Shown one piece after another: positions 1 through 12,060 of a DNA stretch of 64,000 bases (its first letter is position 1; each line of letters opens with the position of its first letter). This DNA comes from Perkinsus olseni (Eukaryota). The stretch lies in assembly GCA_013115125.1 (NCBI GenBank), contig JABANN010000128.1, forward strand, positions 1 to 64,000, given 5' to 3'. Both the position numbers and the translations under genes were made by a program. The notes under the pieces are model-generated. The model had not been told where the DNA came from. It worked only from the letters and a program-made list of their open reading frames with translations, and did not search any database.

Positions 1-119
1 CACCTGGGCGAGCGCGTCACGGACCAATGTTTGCACCACTCTACACTACACAAGTTTCGTGTAGGGTATCAGATAATCCGCAGCCGTAATTTTGAGCGGG
101 CGGCACGAAAAAATCAAAG

Positions 120-338
120 AAAAAGGTGTGCTCCGGGGATCGAACCTGGGCCTTCGGATAGACGTGTTGAACTGACGCGAAACCATCTTAAGATGTCGGA
201 CCTGCAGCCTTGCGATGCACGGTTTGGCAGGTAGGACAACACAGTGCATTGTGGTTAGCGCAATAGAGGCCTCAACAACATCTTTTATCGTAGGCCGGGA
301 ACCACTATTAGAATTGGAAACTACTAGTACTAGCGCAC
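120..338 (-). pseudogene. tRNA-like element with B-box and T-run terminator (copy 1)
   Basis: The minus strand reads CCAGGTTCGATCCCCGG-AGCACAC-C-TTTTT (T-arm/B-box, 3' acceptor-like strand, Pol III terminator). GTGCGCT at 338-332 pairs 6/7 with AGCACAC. No clean D-arm or anticodon arm is visible. Confidence 0.4.
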
Positions 339-339
339 A

Positions 340-2845
340 TTGGATGAGGCTTGGCTGGCAACGGAAAGATACGACCGTTGCAACCAGTAGCGGTGATAGT
401 AGTAGTGGCGTAGTAGTGAAAGGAGAATTGTTAGTCCAGCTCCGCGTGCTCTACCATGTAACCTAGGTCCACCAGTTCTTCAATATGAGTTCGTCCGACT
501 TCTCTGTTTTGACCGTAGTGCTGCATCGTAGCAGCTCTCCTCATTATCTCACCGTCAAGTTCCTCTTCCCGTTTTACCTCACCGTATGCTATCATCCTTC
601 TCCAGTACACTTGGTCGGTCCATTCTTCGACCTCTTGCCGTCCGGGCCACCCCACGATTCCTAGCTGCCGCCGCGCCGTCCGCAAGATGGTTCTCTGAAG
701 CAGCAGCAGCAGCCCAGGCTGCCGTTTCCGGCAACGGAAACCTCACATTGAAACCAGCCGGCGTGCAGGTAACTGTATCGCGTCTCGCGAGGTATCAGTG
801 AGTACCACACGGGCTCTTCTTCAGCACATAATAGATGTTAGCAAAAAGCGTAACATCCCCACAGCTCTCAGGCTAACCGTAGACTCCGGTGGATGCGGTG
901 GCTTCCAGTAAGTTGAGTTCGTCGTTCTATCGAAGTTTGCTGAGGGGCAAGGTATGGCGGGCTTCTCAGATACTATTTCGACCTCGTTCCGGCGGGCTCA
1001 GCGACTGCAACAGACACTAAGGTGGAGGCTGATGATGGGTCTGTCGTGATGCTAGTAGACGCATTGGTAGTACAGGGAAGGGTAGAGCTTTATGCCGCTA
1101 TGTCGGCCCTTCGCCTTGGCCCCTTCGTAAATCTCTTTGCTCCCTCACGGTGCTCCTTTCTCAGTCTGAGTCCTATCTCGATCACTGCAAGGTGGACTTC
1201 GTCGAGGAGATGATCGGATCGAAGTTTGTGGTAGTATACAGCGCTAGTGGGCCCCGCTCTCCCGTCCTGCTACTCTGGGCACCATCTCAGGTTAGCGAGA
1301 ACAAGTTGGCCGAGTCAGCCTGTTCCTGCGGTGCCAGCTTCAATGTTGGCTTTTAAGTCCACTCTACTGCAGCCGGTAGTGAGGCCTTTGTTGTATTACC
1401 ATCCGACAGTATCATTAACCGTGCATCAATTTTTACACTGTACCAGACAGTAGAAAGTGGCATACAAGCTTTGCGTTAGTGTTCAGCTCAATCAACGACG
1501 CTACATGAGCGGGGTGACTGCTGCCAGAGCGATATCGCCTCTCGCTGGTAGTTGAGAACTTTTCAGTAGCTCGGCTGCTGCTTACCGCAATAGACCGTAG
1601 GCTCCCGCTGTCAAGGCCCTCCTGGAGAGTTCGTGTTCCCTGTGTTGATTCTAGCACAGTACGTTCAGCGAGTACAGGCAAGTCCCTCCTAGGTCTCTTC
1701 ATGGGCCCTCAACAGGTACTATGAGGTGCTGTGAAATCGTTGCTTCGATGGAGGTACTACTGACATCACCAGGTAAGCTATGCGGATGCGCTCTGCGTCT
1801 CAGGATTTTGATGTAGTCAAGGGCCAAGTGCGATGGTGATTGTCCATCAAGTAGCAGTACCTGTGTGTACAGCTCCCATACCTGTCCTTAATCGGCCCTG
1901 TTATCGGATCCCTTTTTTTCGTTGAGACATCCGTGAGACAGCGATTATCAACTCCAGCTCAGTTCGAACCATCCGGTTTACCCCACCCTAGTGGTCAGCT
2001 AGGGGTTGGTGGGCATCATTCTATGGAAACAGCTCGGTCACCACCATGCGGTCACTGGCCGAGCGGCAGACCTGGCGCTAACTTGCAGTATCGTGAGATC
2101 ATCTCGTTCTCTTGTCTTACAGATAAGCCAATGGGCCACACTGTCGGGCAGGACTCGCCTGTGCCCCTGATGAGATACAATGCGCGCCACGTGGCAGAGT
2201 GCTCTCACTTTTGCATGCTGCATCTTCTAGTTACAGACGGTATGAGGTGGATTCACAGCGACCACTCTTTATTAAGACTTGAATGAACACCACAGGTGAG
2301 TGGCAGCGCACATCATGAACAACTTGCTTGCAATGAAAGTTTCCCCGCTACTAGACCTCGGTCTCTCCCCGTCGCGGTTTGACCATCGTACGACCACCGT
2401 CGACTTTCTCAGACTCCCATTCCGCGCGGTCTGCGAAATCGGCTGCCTCCTCGGAAACCGCGTCAAACTCCCAGCACAGTTCATCGAAGGTACCAAGCTC
2501 TTTCTGGATAGCCAATCCTACTACAGAACAGACGCTCCGGAATTTCTTAATGGTGTCCTTTTTTTTCTTCCGTCTGGTCTTTGTAAAGTCTCTCTACGAG
2601 AATGTTGAAAAGTATCGGATACGCAGGGAGTGTTTGTCGTTCTGCGCTTCTGATAGCCGCAGATCTCACATTATCAACAGCCGTGTAGAGACTTCCTCTT
2701 TCGTGGTGGAACTTCGATTGATCAAGCTCTTCGAGCGGATTCAGATCGGTATTCCAGCGGCCCGTGAGGGAATGCTAACAAGGGTTCGCAGGCTGGGTAC
2801 TCGGGCCTGCACGCCTCCGGGAGGCCGCCATTCTTCGAGGAGCTG
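340..2845. repeat. Segmental duplication unit A (paralog at about 8185-10775)
   Basis: Collinear similarity over the upstream flank, the IscA gene and about 1.4 kb downstream. Near-identical at about 770-1490 vs 8650-9380 and about 2565-2835 vs 10500-10770. Confidence 0.9.
586..1356 (+). CDS. Mitochondrial A-type Fe-S cluster assembly protein (IscA/HesB, ISA2-like), copy 1, 5 exons
   Basis: Ser/Arg/Ala-rich presequence. Spliced reading gives LRLTVDSGGCGGFQY...VDALSESYLDHCKVDFVEEMIGSKFVVSENKLAESACSCGASF, carrying the GGCxG and CxCGxSF motifs. Introns are GT-AG. Confidence 0.93.
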
Positions 2846-2850
2846 AAACA
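2030..2850 (-). pseudogene. Decayed ORF, possibly a retroelement gag-like remnant (copy 1)
   Basis: Protein-like stretch ...LEELDQSKFHHERGSLYTAVDNVRSAAIRSAERQTLPAYPILFNILVERLYKDQTEEKK/DTIKKFRSVCSVVGLAIQKELGTFDELCWEFD..., broken by frameshifts and stops. A degenerate knuckle-like 'VTRRCSMQK*EHSATW' follows. Confidence 0.35.
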
Positions 2851-3492
2851 ACAGAAGGCAGTATACTGGCGCGGGACCTTGCCATCGAGTGGGATCAATC
2901 CTTCCTTTCTCACCGTGCCTTGAACGCTTCCAGATCAGTAGGAGGTAGCCATCCACAGGTTCCACGGCAGGGGGCCGATGATAGATACAACACACGACAG
3001 TATCCAGGGGCCAGTATGAGAATGATAACTCTCACTGGGAGGGAGAAGGCACAGGTGAGCCATGAGGCCTGAGTGGATGATCAAGAAAGACTGCTACAGG
3101 ATGACATACGGCAAAAGGGCCCCGGGCCTGGTCAATACAACCTAAGGGATGGTGACTTTGACAAGTTCAACTTGGAACCGGTCGGCTGGAAGTGAGCAAC
3201 ACGTCCGATCTCCGTGGACAAAGGGCCTCTCCTTCCAGTCCACCCTGGGTAGCTGAGCTGAAGGAGATGAAAGCTCAACAGTCGATCCGGCGAGGGTCCT
3301 CAGAGAGCGTCCTAACGACAAGTTGATTCTCTTGCACCATATCATGCTGTAGACCCGCAGCCGTCATCAAACTGCTGATTGTTGAGTTAGCAGGCAAGTA
3401 CAAAAGTGTCACAGCAGCCCTTTTGGGCATCATTTCAACTAACGCAAGCTTCGACGTCGGATACGAGACGCTACATACCGCATCGGCAATGT

Positions 3493-5265
3493 TCATGACA
3501 CATCGGATTGCTGCCGTAGGGCCCGGAGGAAATCTCTCATCTCGGTTTTCAGTCCCTCCTTGACCTCCGCCTCCATCCCTTCCAACACGCCCTCACTTCC
3601 AGTTCCGTCGCCCTTGTCAGCACCACCACTGGCCACACACTCACGAGGCACTTCACAATCGTCATTCACGACAACCTCGCCACCCTTGTCGTCTACCCTT
3701 GGCGGCGGGTCGGAATGGAGTTCACTCGGGTCCTGCTGGAAAATCGCGTCACCCTGTGGTCCCAGCCACTGGTGGTCATCCTGAGATGCCCCCTCGTCAT
3801 CACCATCATCACAGCCATCAACGGCCTCGAGCAGATCTGGCTCTGGCAGATTCAGTTCTTCTCGCCTCTGACGTTGTATCTGTCGCAGGCCTGTCACCAG
3901 CTGGGCCATCGCACGTTGTTTTTCAATAAGTACCTGAAACCACCCGTACTGCAAGGCTGGCGTTTGAATGACAACTCGGTGGTCCTGAAGCCAATGGTAA
4001 CGCCAGAAACTCTAACCGAGGTCTGGTAAGCGCGTCGTGGGCAGAGTCTGGATCTTACGCCCTCCGAGCAAGGTTCTCAGCATCCGTCCCCCCCTTGACG
4101 AAGGCCTCTGCCCCGGCCCTCTCCTCCCTAGTAACGGGGCTCTTGTCGATGTAAGTAAGGGTGGGTAGGGCCGCGATGACCCGCCGTCTGTAGTGTCGCA
4201 TCTGCCGGACATAAGGGTTACCTGCCAACCTCACAGTCGTCGCTCGCCGACCGTCCAACACCAACCATGGGCGTAGAAGTCGTTCAATTTGGGACAGCAA
4301 GATTGCAGAAACTTAATCAGCTCCGCTCCGCTCTCGGACCCCTCGCCCGATGCTTCAAGGAGATTGTAGCTGATGTCAAGGCTCAGTAGCCATGGAATCT
4401 GACTCATGCATGCTCGACCTCAAGATACCATCCCCACCTTTGAAAGGCCTTCACCGAGGTCGGAGTCGAAGTCGCTTATGTGGTTGTTAGCGACAATGAG
4501 CGTCTTCAGACTGGTCAGCTCTTCAAGGTTCCGCACGGTACGAATGCGATTGTTGCTCTGAGGTCGAAACCTCCGCTGAGGTCCTAGCCGGCCAGCCTCA
4601 CGAGATTAAGATACTCAAGATTTTTGCATTCCTGCAAGCCTTCAATCTGGGTAAGTCCGTTGTTATTGAGGTAGAGCATCCTCAGCCGTGACAGACACTC
4701 AAGGCCTTCGATACGGTGCAGCTGGTTGCTCATCAAAAACAGGGAGTGTATGCCTGAGTACCTGCAAAACTACAGGAGTGAGAGTCTCAGCGCGCGGGAA
4801 GGGCCCTACTGCTGCAGGCCGCCAATCGAGGTGAAGCCACACATTTGCAGGTGAAGACAGTCGTTAAGATGAGGAGTCTCATACTGGCCTCTTTCCTAAC
4901 AGCTGCTGTCCACCACAGCGCAGCAACCGGGTTGGAGGGGCTCACGCTGCAGACTTTCCGAATGGCAGCCTCGCACATCGGTCTCGGTTCCCCGATGGTC
5001 CAATGCCTGCAGTTGTCCAAGTCGGCCACTCTGGGGTCCACTTCCCTCTCCAAATCTGAACGACAGAGCTCAGCAGAGCTAGCCTAAAGATTCATGGGGC
5101 CCCGTCCGTGTCACCACCTCCACGGTCACTGCTAGCACTCTCCGCCTTGGTACTGGTGTCACCGGGCAAGCTATGAGGTGCCGGAGCACTGGGTACGCTG
5201 GACGACGTGTTCGATGTCTCCGAGTTCTGGTCCCATGAAGGGTCCCCGTCGGGTAGCGTGGGCAT
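3493..5265 (-). CDS. DNAAF1: Dynein axonemal assembly factor 1-like LRR protein (ODA7/LRRC50 family), multi-exon
   Basis: Spliced segments GQYETPHLNDCLHLQMCGF, SDS22-type LRRs (LFLMSNQLHRIEGLECLSRLRMLYLNNNGLTQIEGL) and LRRcap GNPYVRQMRHYRRRVIAALPTLTYIDKSPVTREER, followed by an acidic C-terminus. Confidence 0.82.
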
Positions 5266-6090
5266 GTTGAGCAAGGGTCGCTGTTTTTATCGTAGCAATA
5301 ATACGAAACATCTCAGTTCGCAATACGGCAGCCTAGCTTCTCTCTGTGCGCATCAGCGGCCACGTCCCTCACGACCACAAGCGAGGAGACCTAACGTATG
5401 GTTGCGGCTCTGCTAGGCGGAATGCACCTTCCACTCCGGCTGAGACGAGGCTGGAGCGTTGATACTCGTCTCGGAGTGCTACCCGTGGGACCCATATGAG
5501 GACCATCATTGGCGCGATCGCCGTCATGCACACTGAGGCATTCTCGCTAGTCAAGTGGAAGGGGGCGCAGGCATCCAACCGGCGCCAACCTCTTTGATAT
5601 CAGGACAGCATGGAGGAGCATGGAAGTGATAGGCCGTAGTAGCGGCCGAGCGTGCATCAGCGAGCCCATGGTACCCAGGGACTTGGCCGCTGCGGGAATC
5701 AACGGTCGAATGACGGGCTTCCAAGCGCAAAGAGAGAATACCATTGGTGGGAGGGCCTCCTACTATACGGCAAAAGCCGCACGGATGCGACTGACTACAA
5801 CCTGCATCGGATGACTGAGTGTTTGCAGCAGTGGCCATCTGTTACAGCCTCAGTTGGCTTCCTGAAGAGAGAGGATTCATGCAGTGATGAGGTAGAATGG
5901 GCAATAGCTTCCTCTGCTGTGAGACTCCGGTGAACACAACAACCGAGGGGCTACATACAACGACGAGCAACGACAATGACAACAAAACGTCCTCTCTCAG
6001 GCATGACTACGTCGTCCGCCGGGAATATCATGGGAATAAACAGATTACTAGATAGTGATAATGAACTCCATACACATCGGAATTCAACAT

Positions 6091-7032
6091 TCATGCCTGG
6101 GTCACACGAGTGACACCCCTCATTGTCCGGAATTTCCAGTCCTCAAAATAACCATCGCTCACTGCCTTGTCAGCGCTTTTCTTATAGCGGCCACAAAGTC
6201 TATTGTAAGTCTTGCCCCATTTTTCAATCTCACGGAGGACAGCTGAACACAGGCTCGCTAACTTGTCGACCACATCTTGCCCAGCTTCGGTCTGCCACCC
6301 ATAGTGAATCTCGAACATATAGGCTACAGTGGGTTTCTTCCTCTCAACAGCCGCGTACAACTCATGCCTTTCACGCCTGAACGCGTCTTGATGCAGCTTC
6401 CTCAGGGGATCCCATCCAGTGTCATTAGAAGGACCCCCAACAAACTCGTACGTGGGGTCAATATCTGGGTAATAAGGCCTGTAGGACTCGAGAGTAGCAC
6501 TGTGAGCGTAACTAAAACATGAAAAACAAAGTCGTTGGCGAGAGCACACCGCGGGGCTCCTGCATCATCGTCTTCTCCTACGACCTACCTGGCCATGAAC
6601 GCATGCCTCTTACGAGTCGTGGGACAGTTGATGGCATGCGTCCGCACGATATTGGCCTCAACGTAGATGTCCAGCGATGCATACTCCTCAGTGGAAGTTT
6701 TGCCATTGTTGTAGTAGCAACGAGTAGCGTTCTTTGCAACGTCGAAGAATGACGGAATGCGCGGTGGGAAATTCTAAAAATGCACGCGATGAAAGCTGCC
6801 AAACGTGATCCTCTGACGCTTGATAATTCCATTCACCATTCTCTTAAGAGCCGATCAAATGAAGCGTCGAAGATAACTTGTCACTTCTACCACCGGGGTG
6901 ATGATAAATAGCACTTACAACCGACGAAGTTCTTACATCAGAAGGAGCTTTGGAAGCGCCTTTGGAAGCACCTTTGGTCGCGATGGCGATTGGCAAGCTT
7001 GAAAGCAGCACAGCAGTAGTAGACCGTCTCAT
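6091..7032 (-). CDS. Lineage-specific secreted hypothetical protein (spliced; exon junctions uncertain)
   Basis: Signal-like N-terminus MRRSTTAVLLSSLPIAIA; middle exon with CYYNNG...AINCP; last exon YAHSATLES...CSAVLREIEKWGKTYNRLCGRYKK. Confidence 0.55.
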
Positions 7033-7534
7033 GATGAACTTAACAGGTATGCCTCGAACACTGCGATTGGCGTCTAACCCACATTCCACTGGGACACCTA
7101 TTGTAGTTCGCATCGTTACGAGCGGGAAGTGCAGAGGACGAGGATTTCCCCTTGAGCGCAGTGCGTGTTTATCACTCTAGCCGGCGATCCAGTCGTCACC
7201 CCTCGTAGCCGGCGCTCGACCTTTCTACCATCACCCAGGGATGACGTGCCGATCCCTGTGCCATCTCCCTCGAAGGCCCCCAGAGAAACAAACCAGGAAT
7301 TTTCGCGTGTTTCGGCAGCATTCTAGAATTTCTAAGGTTTCCCGTACACCCTTCCGAAACGCCCTGTAGATCAACACAGCAGCTGAGTATGCCCCCACGA
7401 CGACAACCATCGGACATCCACCTCGTGGCTTGTTCACATTGCCGTCGTAGACGAACTGAGGATAACAGACTGATAAATACAATCCGTTAGCCATAATTGT
7501 TGAACGATGATTCCTAAGGGCCAACAAGGGTCCT

Positions 7535-7790
7535 TTAGGGCGTTACGACTATAGAACCATCCGTGCGGTTCTCACGCCTCCAAGTACTCTCTCCCACGGC
7601 TTCAAGGGCTTCGTCAAAGGAGCGTTCATACTTATCACCCAGTTCCTCATAACATTTTAAGAATTGCTTGATCGGCTCTCGCACAGTCGAGCAAATTTCC
7701 TTGAAATTGCTTACCACAACTTTCTCACTTTCCGGCTTTTCTTCTCCCTTCCTCACGGAGAGGGTAATCAGGATGAGACCTAACCCTCTT
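7535..7790 (-). pseudogene. Fragment paralogous to the C-terminus of the 6091-7032 protein
   Basis: VVSNFKEICSTVREPIKQFLKCYEELGDKYERSFDEALE aligns by eye with VVDKLASLCSAVLREIEKWGKTYNRLCGRYKKSADKAVS. No intact 5' part was found. Confidence 0.4.
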
Positions 7791-8068
7791 AGCGACCCGT
7801 TCAGATAGGTTTTTGATGAAGGAATGTGCTTACATATGAACCAACTCACACATCCGCAGGGGCGTTGCATGCAGCGGCTGTGGCGCCAGTCGCGTCACCT
7901 AGCGTGATAGAAAACAATGCAACAGCAACAGCAGCAGCCGACGCTCTCATGACTGTTTGGGCCACATTCAGAGATTATGCTTCGAACGACCCAACGCGAC
8001 GAGTATCGCTCAAGACCTGCTCTTCCATCACGCGCTGACTTTGGGCAAGCGAGACAACAAAGTCAATT

Positions 8069-8171
8069 AAAAAAGTACGCTCCGGGGATCGAACCTGCGC
8101 GGGCTGGTAGACCCGTTGAATTGGCGCGAAATCCTTAGGGGTCCCGGTTGCGTTGCGTCGTAGTAGCGCAT
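8069..8171 (-). pseudogene. tRNA-like element with B-box and T-run terminator (copy 2)
   Basis: The minus strand reads ATGCGCT...GCAGGTTCGATCCCCGG-AGCGTAC-TTTTTT, with 6/7 acceptor-like pairing over about 97 nt. It is homologous to the element at 120-338. Confidence 0.4.
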
Positions 8172-8184
8172 ATCTGCTCAGGGG

Positions 8185-10775
8185 GCAGGCTGGCAACGGA
8201 AAGACGCGAGCGTTGCAAGGGGATGGTAGTAGTGGAGGTAGCAGCAGTTGTAGTGCTTCTGGAGGTAGTGGAAGGAGGATGAGGCTTTCATCATCAGCTC
8301 AGCCACGCTCTGGCATGTAACCCTGGTCCTAGGAATGGTGTCCATCTGTAGTACTCTGGCTACTCTGTTGGGACCGTTGCGCTGCATCTTAGCAGCTCTC
8401 ATCGTTAGCGCAAAGTGATATTCTCACTGTCATCAAGTTCCTCTCCCGGTTTTACCCCACCCTATGCTATCAACCTTCTCCAGTACACTTGGTCGGTCCA
8501 TTCTTCGACCCCTCGCCGTCCGAGCAACACCGCGATTCCTAGCTGCCGCCGCGCCGTCCCAACGATGGTTCTCTGAAGTAGTAGCAGCAGCAGCAGCCCA
8601 GGCTGCCGTCTCCGGCGACGGAAACCTCACACTGAAGCCGGCCGGCGTCCAGGTAACTGTATCGCGTCTCGCGAGGTATCAGTGAGTACCACACGGGCTC
8701 TTCTTCAGCACATAATAGATGTTAGCAAAAAGCGTAACATCCCCACAGCTCTCAGGCTAACCGTAGACTCCGGTGGATGCGGTGGCTTCCAGTAAGTTGA
8801 GTTCGTCGTTCTATCGAAGTTTGCTGAGGGGCAAGGTATGGCGGGCTTCTCAGATACTATTTCGACCTCGTTCCGGCGGGCTCAGCGACTGCAACAGACA
8901 CTAAGGTGGAGGCTGATGATGGGTCTGTCGTGATGCTAGTAGACGCGTTGGTAGTACAGGGAAGGGTAGAGCTTTATGCCGCTGTGTCGGCTCTTCGCCT
9001 TGGCCCCTTCGTAAATCTATTTGTTCCCTCACGGTGCTCCTTTCTCAGTCTGAATCCTATCTCGATCACTGCAAGGTGGACTTTGTTGAGGAGATGATCG
9101 GGTCGAAGTTTGTGGTAGTATACAGCGCTAGTGGGCCCCGCTCTCCCCTCCTGCTACCCCCGGCATCATCTCAGGTTAGCGAGAACAAGTTGGCGGAGTC
9201 AGCCTGTTCCTGTGGTGCGAGCTTCAATGTAGGCTTTTAAGTTCACTCTACTGCAGCCGGTAGTGAGGCCTTTGTTGTATTACCACCCGATAGTATCATT
9301 AACCGTGCATCAATTTTTACACTGTACCAGACAGTAGGAAGTGGCATACAAGCTTTGCGTTAGTGTTCAGCTCAATCAGCAAATGCGGCAAGAACGTGAG
9401 GACCGCTGCCAGCGCGTTATGGCCTGCTACTGGCATTCAAAGGCTCTTCAGTAGCCCGGCTGCAGGTAGTCGCATAAGGCCACTGGCTGCCGTTGTCAAG
9501 CTACTGCTGGAGACCTCGTGCTTCCATCACGAAACTGTTCTGTTGACTGTGGTACAGTACGTTTGGAAAATACAGGTGAGGATTTAAGTCGCGGACAGGT
9601 CTCTTCACGGGCCCTTCACAATTACCATGGGATGCTGTCAAACTTATGCGGCGGCTATGTTCAATGGTGGAAGCATAACTGATATCACAAGGCAAGCTAT
9701 GCGGTACTGAAGCGGTGGATGTGTTCGGTGCCTCAGAATCCTGATGTAATGATGGGTGGCCGTTCATCGCGAGCAGTGCCTGTGTGCACAGCCCCACGCC
9801 TGTTCTCGAATGGTCCTGTTAGTGTTTTCCTTTTGTCGTTCGAGATGACTGTCGAAGAAAGTGATCACCAAGACAGTGGTCAGCTAGGAGTTGGCAGCCC
9901 TCTTCAAGGACAGTCATCATTCGATGCAGCCCGGTCACCACCGAACGGCCACTGCCCGAGCGGCAGACCTTGGACTCGCTTGGGGTATCGTGAGATCATC
10001 TTGTTCTTCCGTCTTCCAGGTGAGCCCATGTGTCACGCTGCTGGGCACGACTCGCCCGTGCCACCGATGAGCTACAATGCGCGCCATGTGGCAGAGTGCC
10101 CTCGCCTTTGCATGTTGCATCTTCTCGTTACAGACGGTATTATGAGACGGATGTTAAAGACAGCTGTGGGATGCTTGGGAGTCACATCGGCTAGCTTCCT
10201 GTTGCTTAAGACTCGGAAAAAATCTCCGACAGGTGAGTGGCAGCACAACATTATCAGCAAGCTTTCGATGGTAGTGAGCCCGCTACTAGACCTCGGACTC
10301 GAGCCCTCGCGGCTGGATCATTGTACGACCACCGTCGTCTTTCTCAGACGCCCATTTTTCGCGGTCTGCTAAATCTCTTGCTTCTTTAAAAATCGTGTCA
10401 TACTTTCAGCACAGTTCATCGAGAGTGCCAAGCTCTCTCTGGATACCCAACCCCACCACGGAAAAGACTTTCCTGAACTTCTTAATGATGTCCTTCTTTT
10501 CTTCCGTCTGGTCTTTGTAAAGTCTCTCTACGAGAATGTTGAAAAGTATCGGATACGCAGGGAGTGTTTGTCGTTCTGCGCTTCTGATAGCCGCAGATCT
10601 CACATTATCAACAGCCGTGTAGAGACTTCCTCTTTCGTGGTGGAACTTCGATTGATCAAGCTCTTCGAGCGGATTCAGATCGGTATTCCAGCGGCCCGTG
10701 AGGGAATGCTAACAAGGGTTCGCAGGCTGGGTACTCGGGCCTGCACGCCTCCGGGAGGCCGCCATTCTTTGAGAA
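8185..10775. repeat. Segmental duplication unit B (paralog of about 340-2845)
   Basis: Collinear nucleotide similarity to unit A. Confidence 0.9.
8464..9240 (+). CDS. Mitochondrial A-type Fe-S cluster assembly protein (IscA/HesB, ISA2-like), copy 2
   Basis: Same exon structure and motifs as 586-1356. Differences are mostly in the presequence. Confidence 0.93.
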
Positions 10776-11110
10776 GCTACGACAAAAAAGGGCAGTATGC
10801 CGACGCGGGACCGTCCCATGGGGTGGCTTCGTGGCTCACCTCGTCTCGAACGCTTTCCTGTTACTATTCCTCGGGCATCCGAGGACGCGCGCGTTCCTAT
10901 GGCGTCGCCCATGAGGTCGAATTCCAGTAGCTGGGACCTCTCTGTGGCGGCTAGATTGTTGGTGAAGACGCAATATGTGGTGTTGGTTCGGAAGTTGAAG
11001 TACGTTGGAGCAGTGTTCACGTTAGTCCGAGTGATTCGCAGGAATCGTTCGGCCGTGTTGTTAGCCATTTCGGCGGACCATGCGGCCGGAAACACGAATC
11101 GGACGAGCAC
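9930..11110 (-). pseudogene. Decayed ORF, possibly a gag-like remnant (copy 2)
   Basis: Homolog of 2030-2850: ILVERLYKDQTEEKKDIIKKFRKVFSVVGLGIQRELGTLDELC*KYD..., and PSVTRRCNMQRRGHSATW. Several stops and frameshifts. Confidence 0.35.
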
Positions 11111-12060
11111 ACAAATTTGTGCTCCAACGGTTGGAGCTTGCTCAGGGTAATCCTAAGACTGTGAGTTGGAAGAAGGTACGATAGCGGCTGTGTATTAATT
11201 AGTATACACTTCCAAGACGCTGCGAGCCACGCAAACGAATCATCCTTTCACTACCCCGGCTGCGAGATACCGGCCTCAGTAAGTATTATAGCGTCAAGAG
11301 AGTAGGGCAGTATAACTGCCCGTATCACCGTGTTATGGAGGGGTGGGTTCGACAGCCAAGTTAAGGCGTCGGATGGTGCCGCGAAGGAGAACTGTGCAGG
11401 CATACCTTGGAAACTGCATTGACACGCCCTCAGTCACGAATTAGTTGAACTCATAATATTGGTCAACTCATCTGTCTACTGCAGATGATATCTTTATGGT
11501 GATGTGTCATCGCTCTCCCGACAATTCGTGGAGTGATCGTGCGCCGAGTGCTGGTGACGAGATTGGGGCGCGTGAGATAATTTGATGAGAGATGATGAAG
11601 GTTGATGAAGATCTCATCTACGCCCTGTGTTGCCTTTTCCCGGAGCTTGAAGTTTCGTCATCTGGCTGAAAGAGCATGGCTGACTACGTCGGTGCTCTTC
11701 GTTTGTCCGTCCACTGTCTCGGTGCGAGTAGTCCTGTACATAACGCCGTACGAGTTGATGGGGAGTTACAAAATTGAATTGGGGCTGTAATGAAGTTGCC
11801 GACATGGCCGTGGAATATACTCATGTTACTACTAACAGTGTTGCGAGTGTCCGAAGCACGGTCGTCCAAGGAGTATTGTACCAAGTTTCGGAGGTGAGAC
11901 TTTTCCTTCTGAACTACTCGATCTTCCCTTGGGAAAACGCCCGTAGGCCAGGGCTGGCATTGAGCTGAAACTCACCTCTCACAGATATCGATCAAGGTGG
12001 CTGTTGAGCTGGGGCGTGAAGGGCGTCAATCCCACAGTTATCTTTCCTTCTCTGTCTATT

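Noticed and set aside
120-338. Functional canonical tRNA gene
   Set aside because: The T-arm and terminator are present, but there is no proper D-arm/A-box or anticodon arm, and the T-stem has a mismatch. Kept only as a tRNA-like element.
5300-6000. Several overlapping short ORFs
   Set aside because: No consistent spliced model or recognisable domain.
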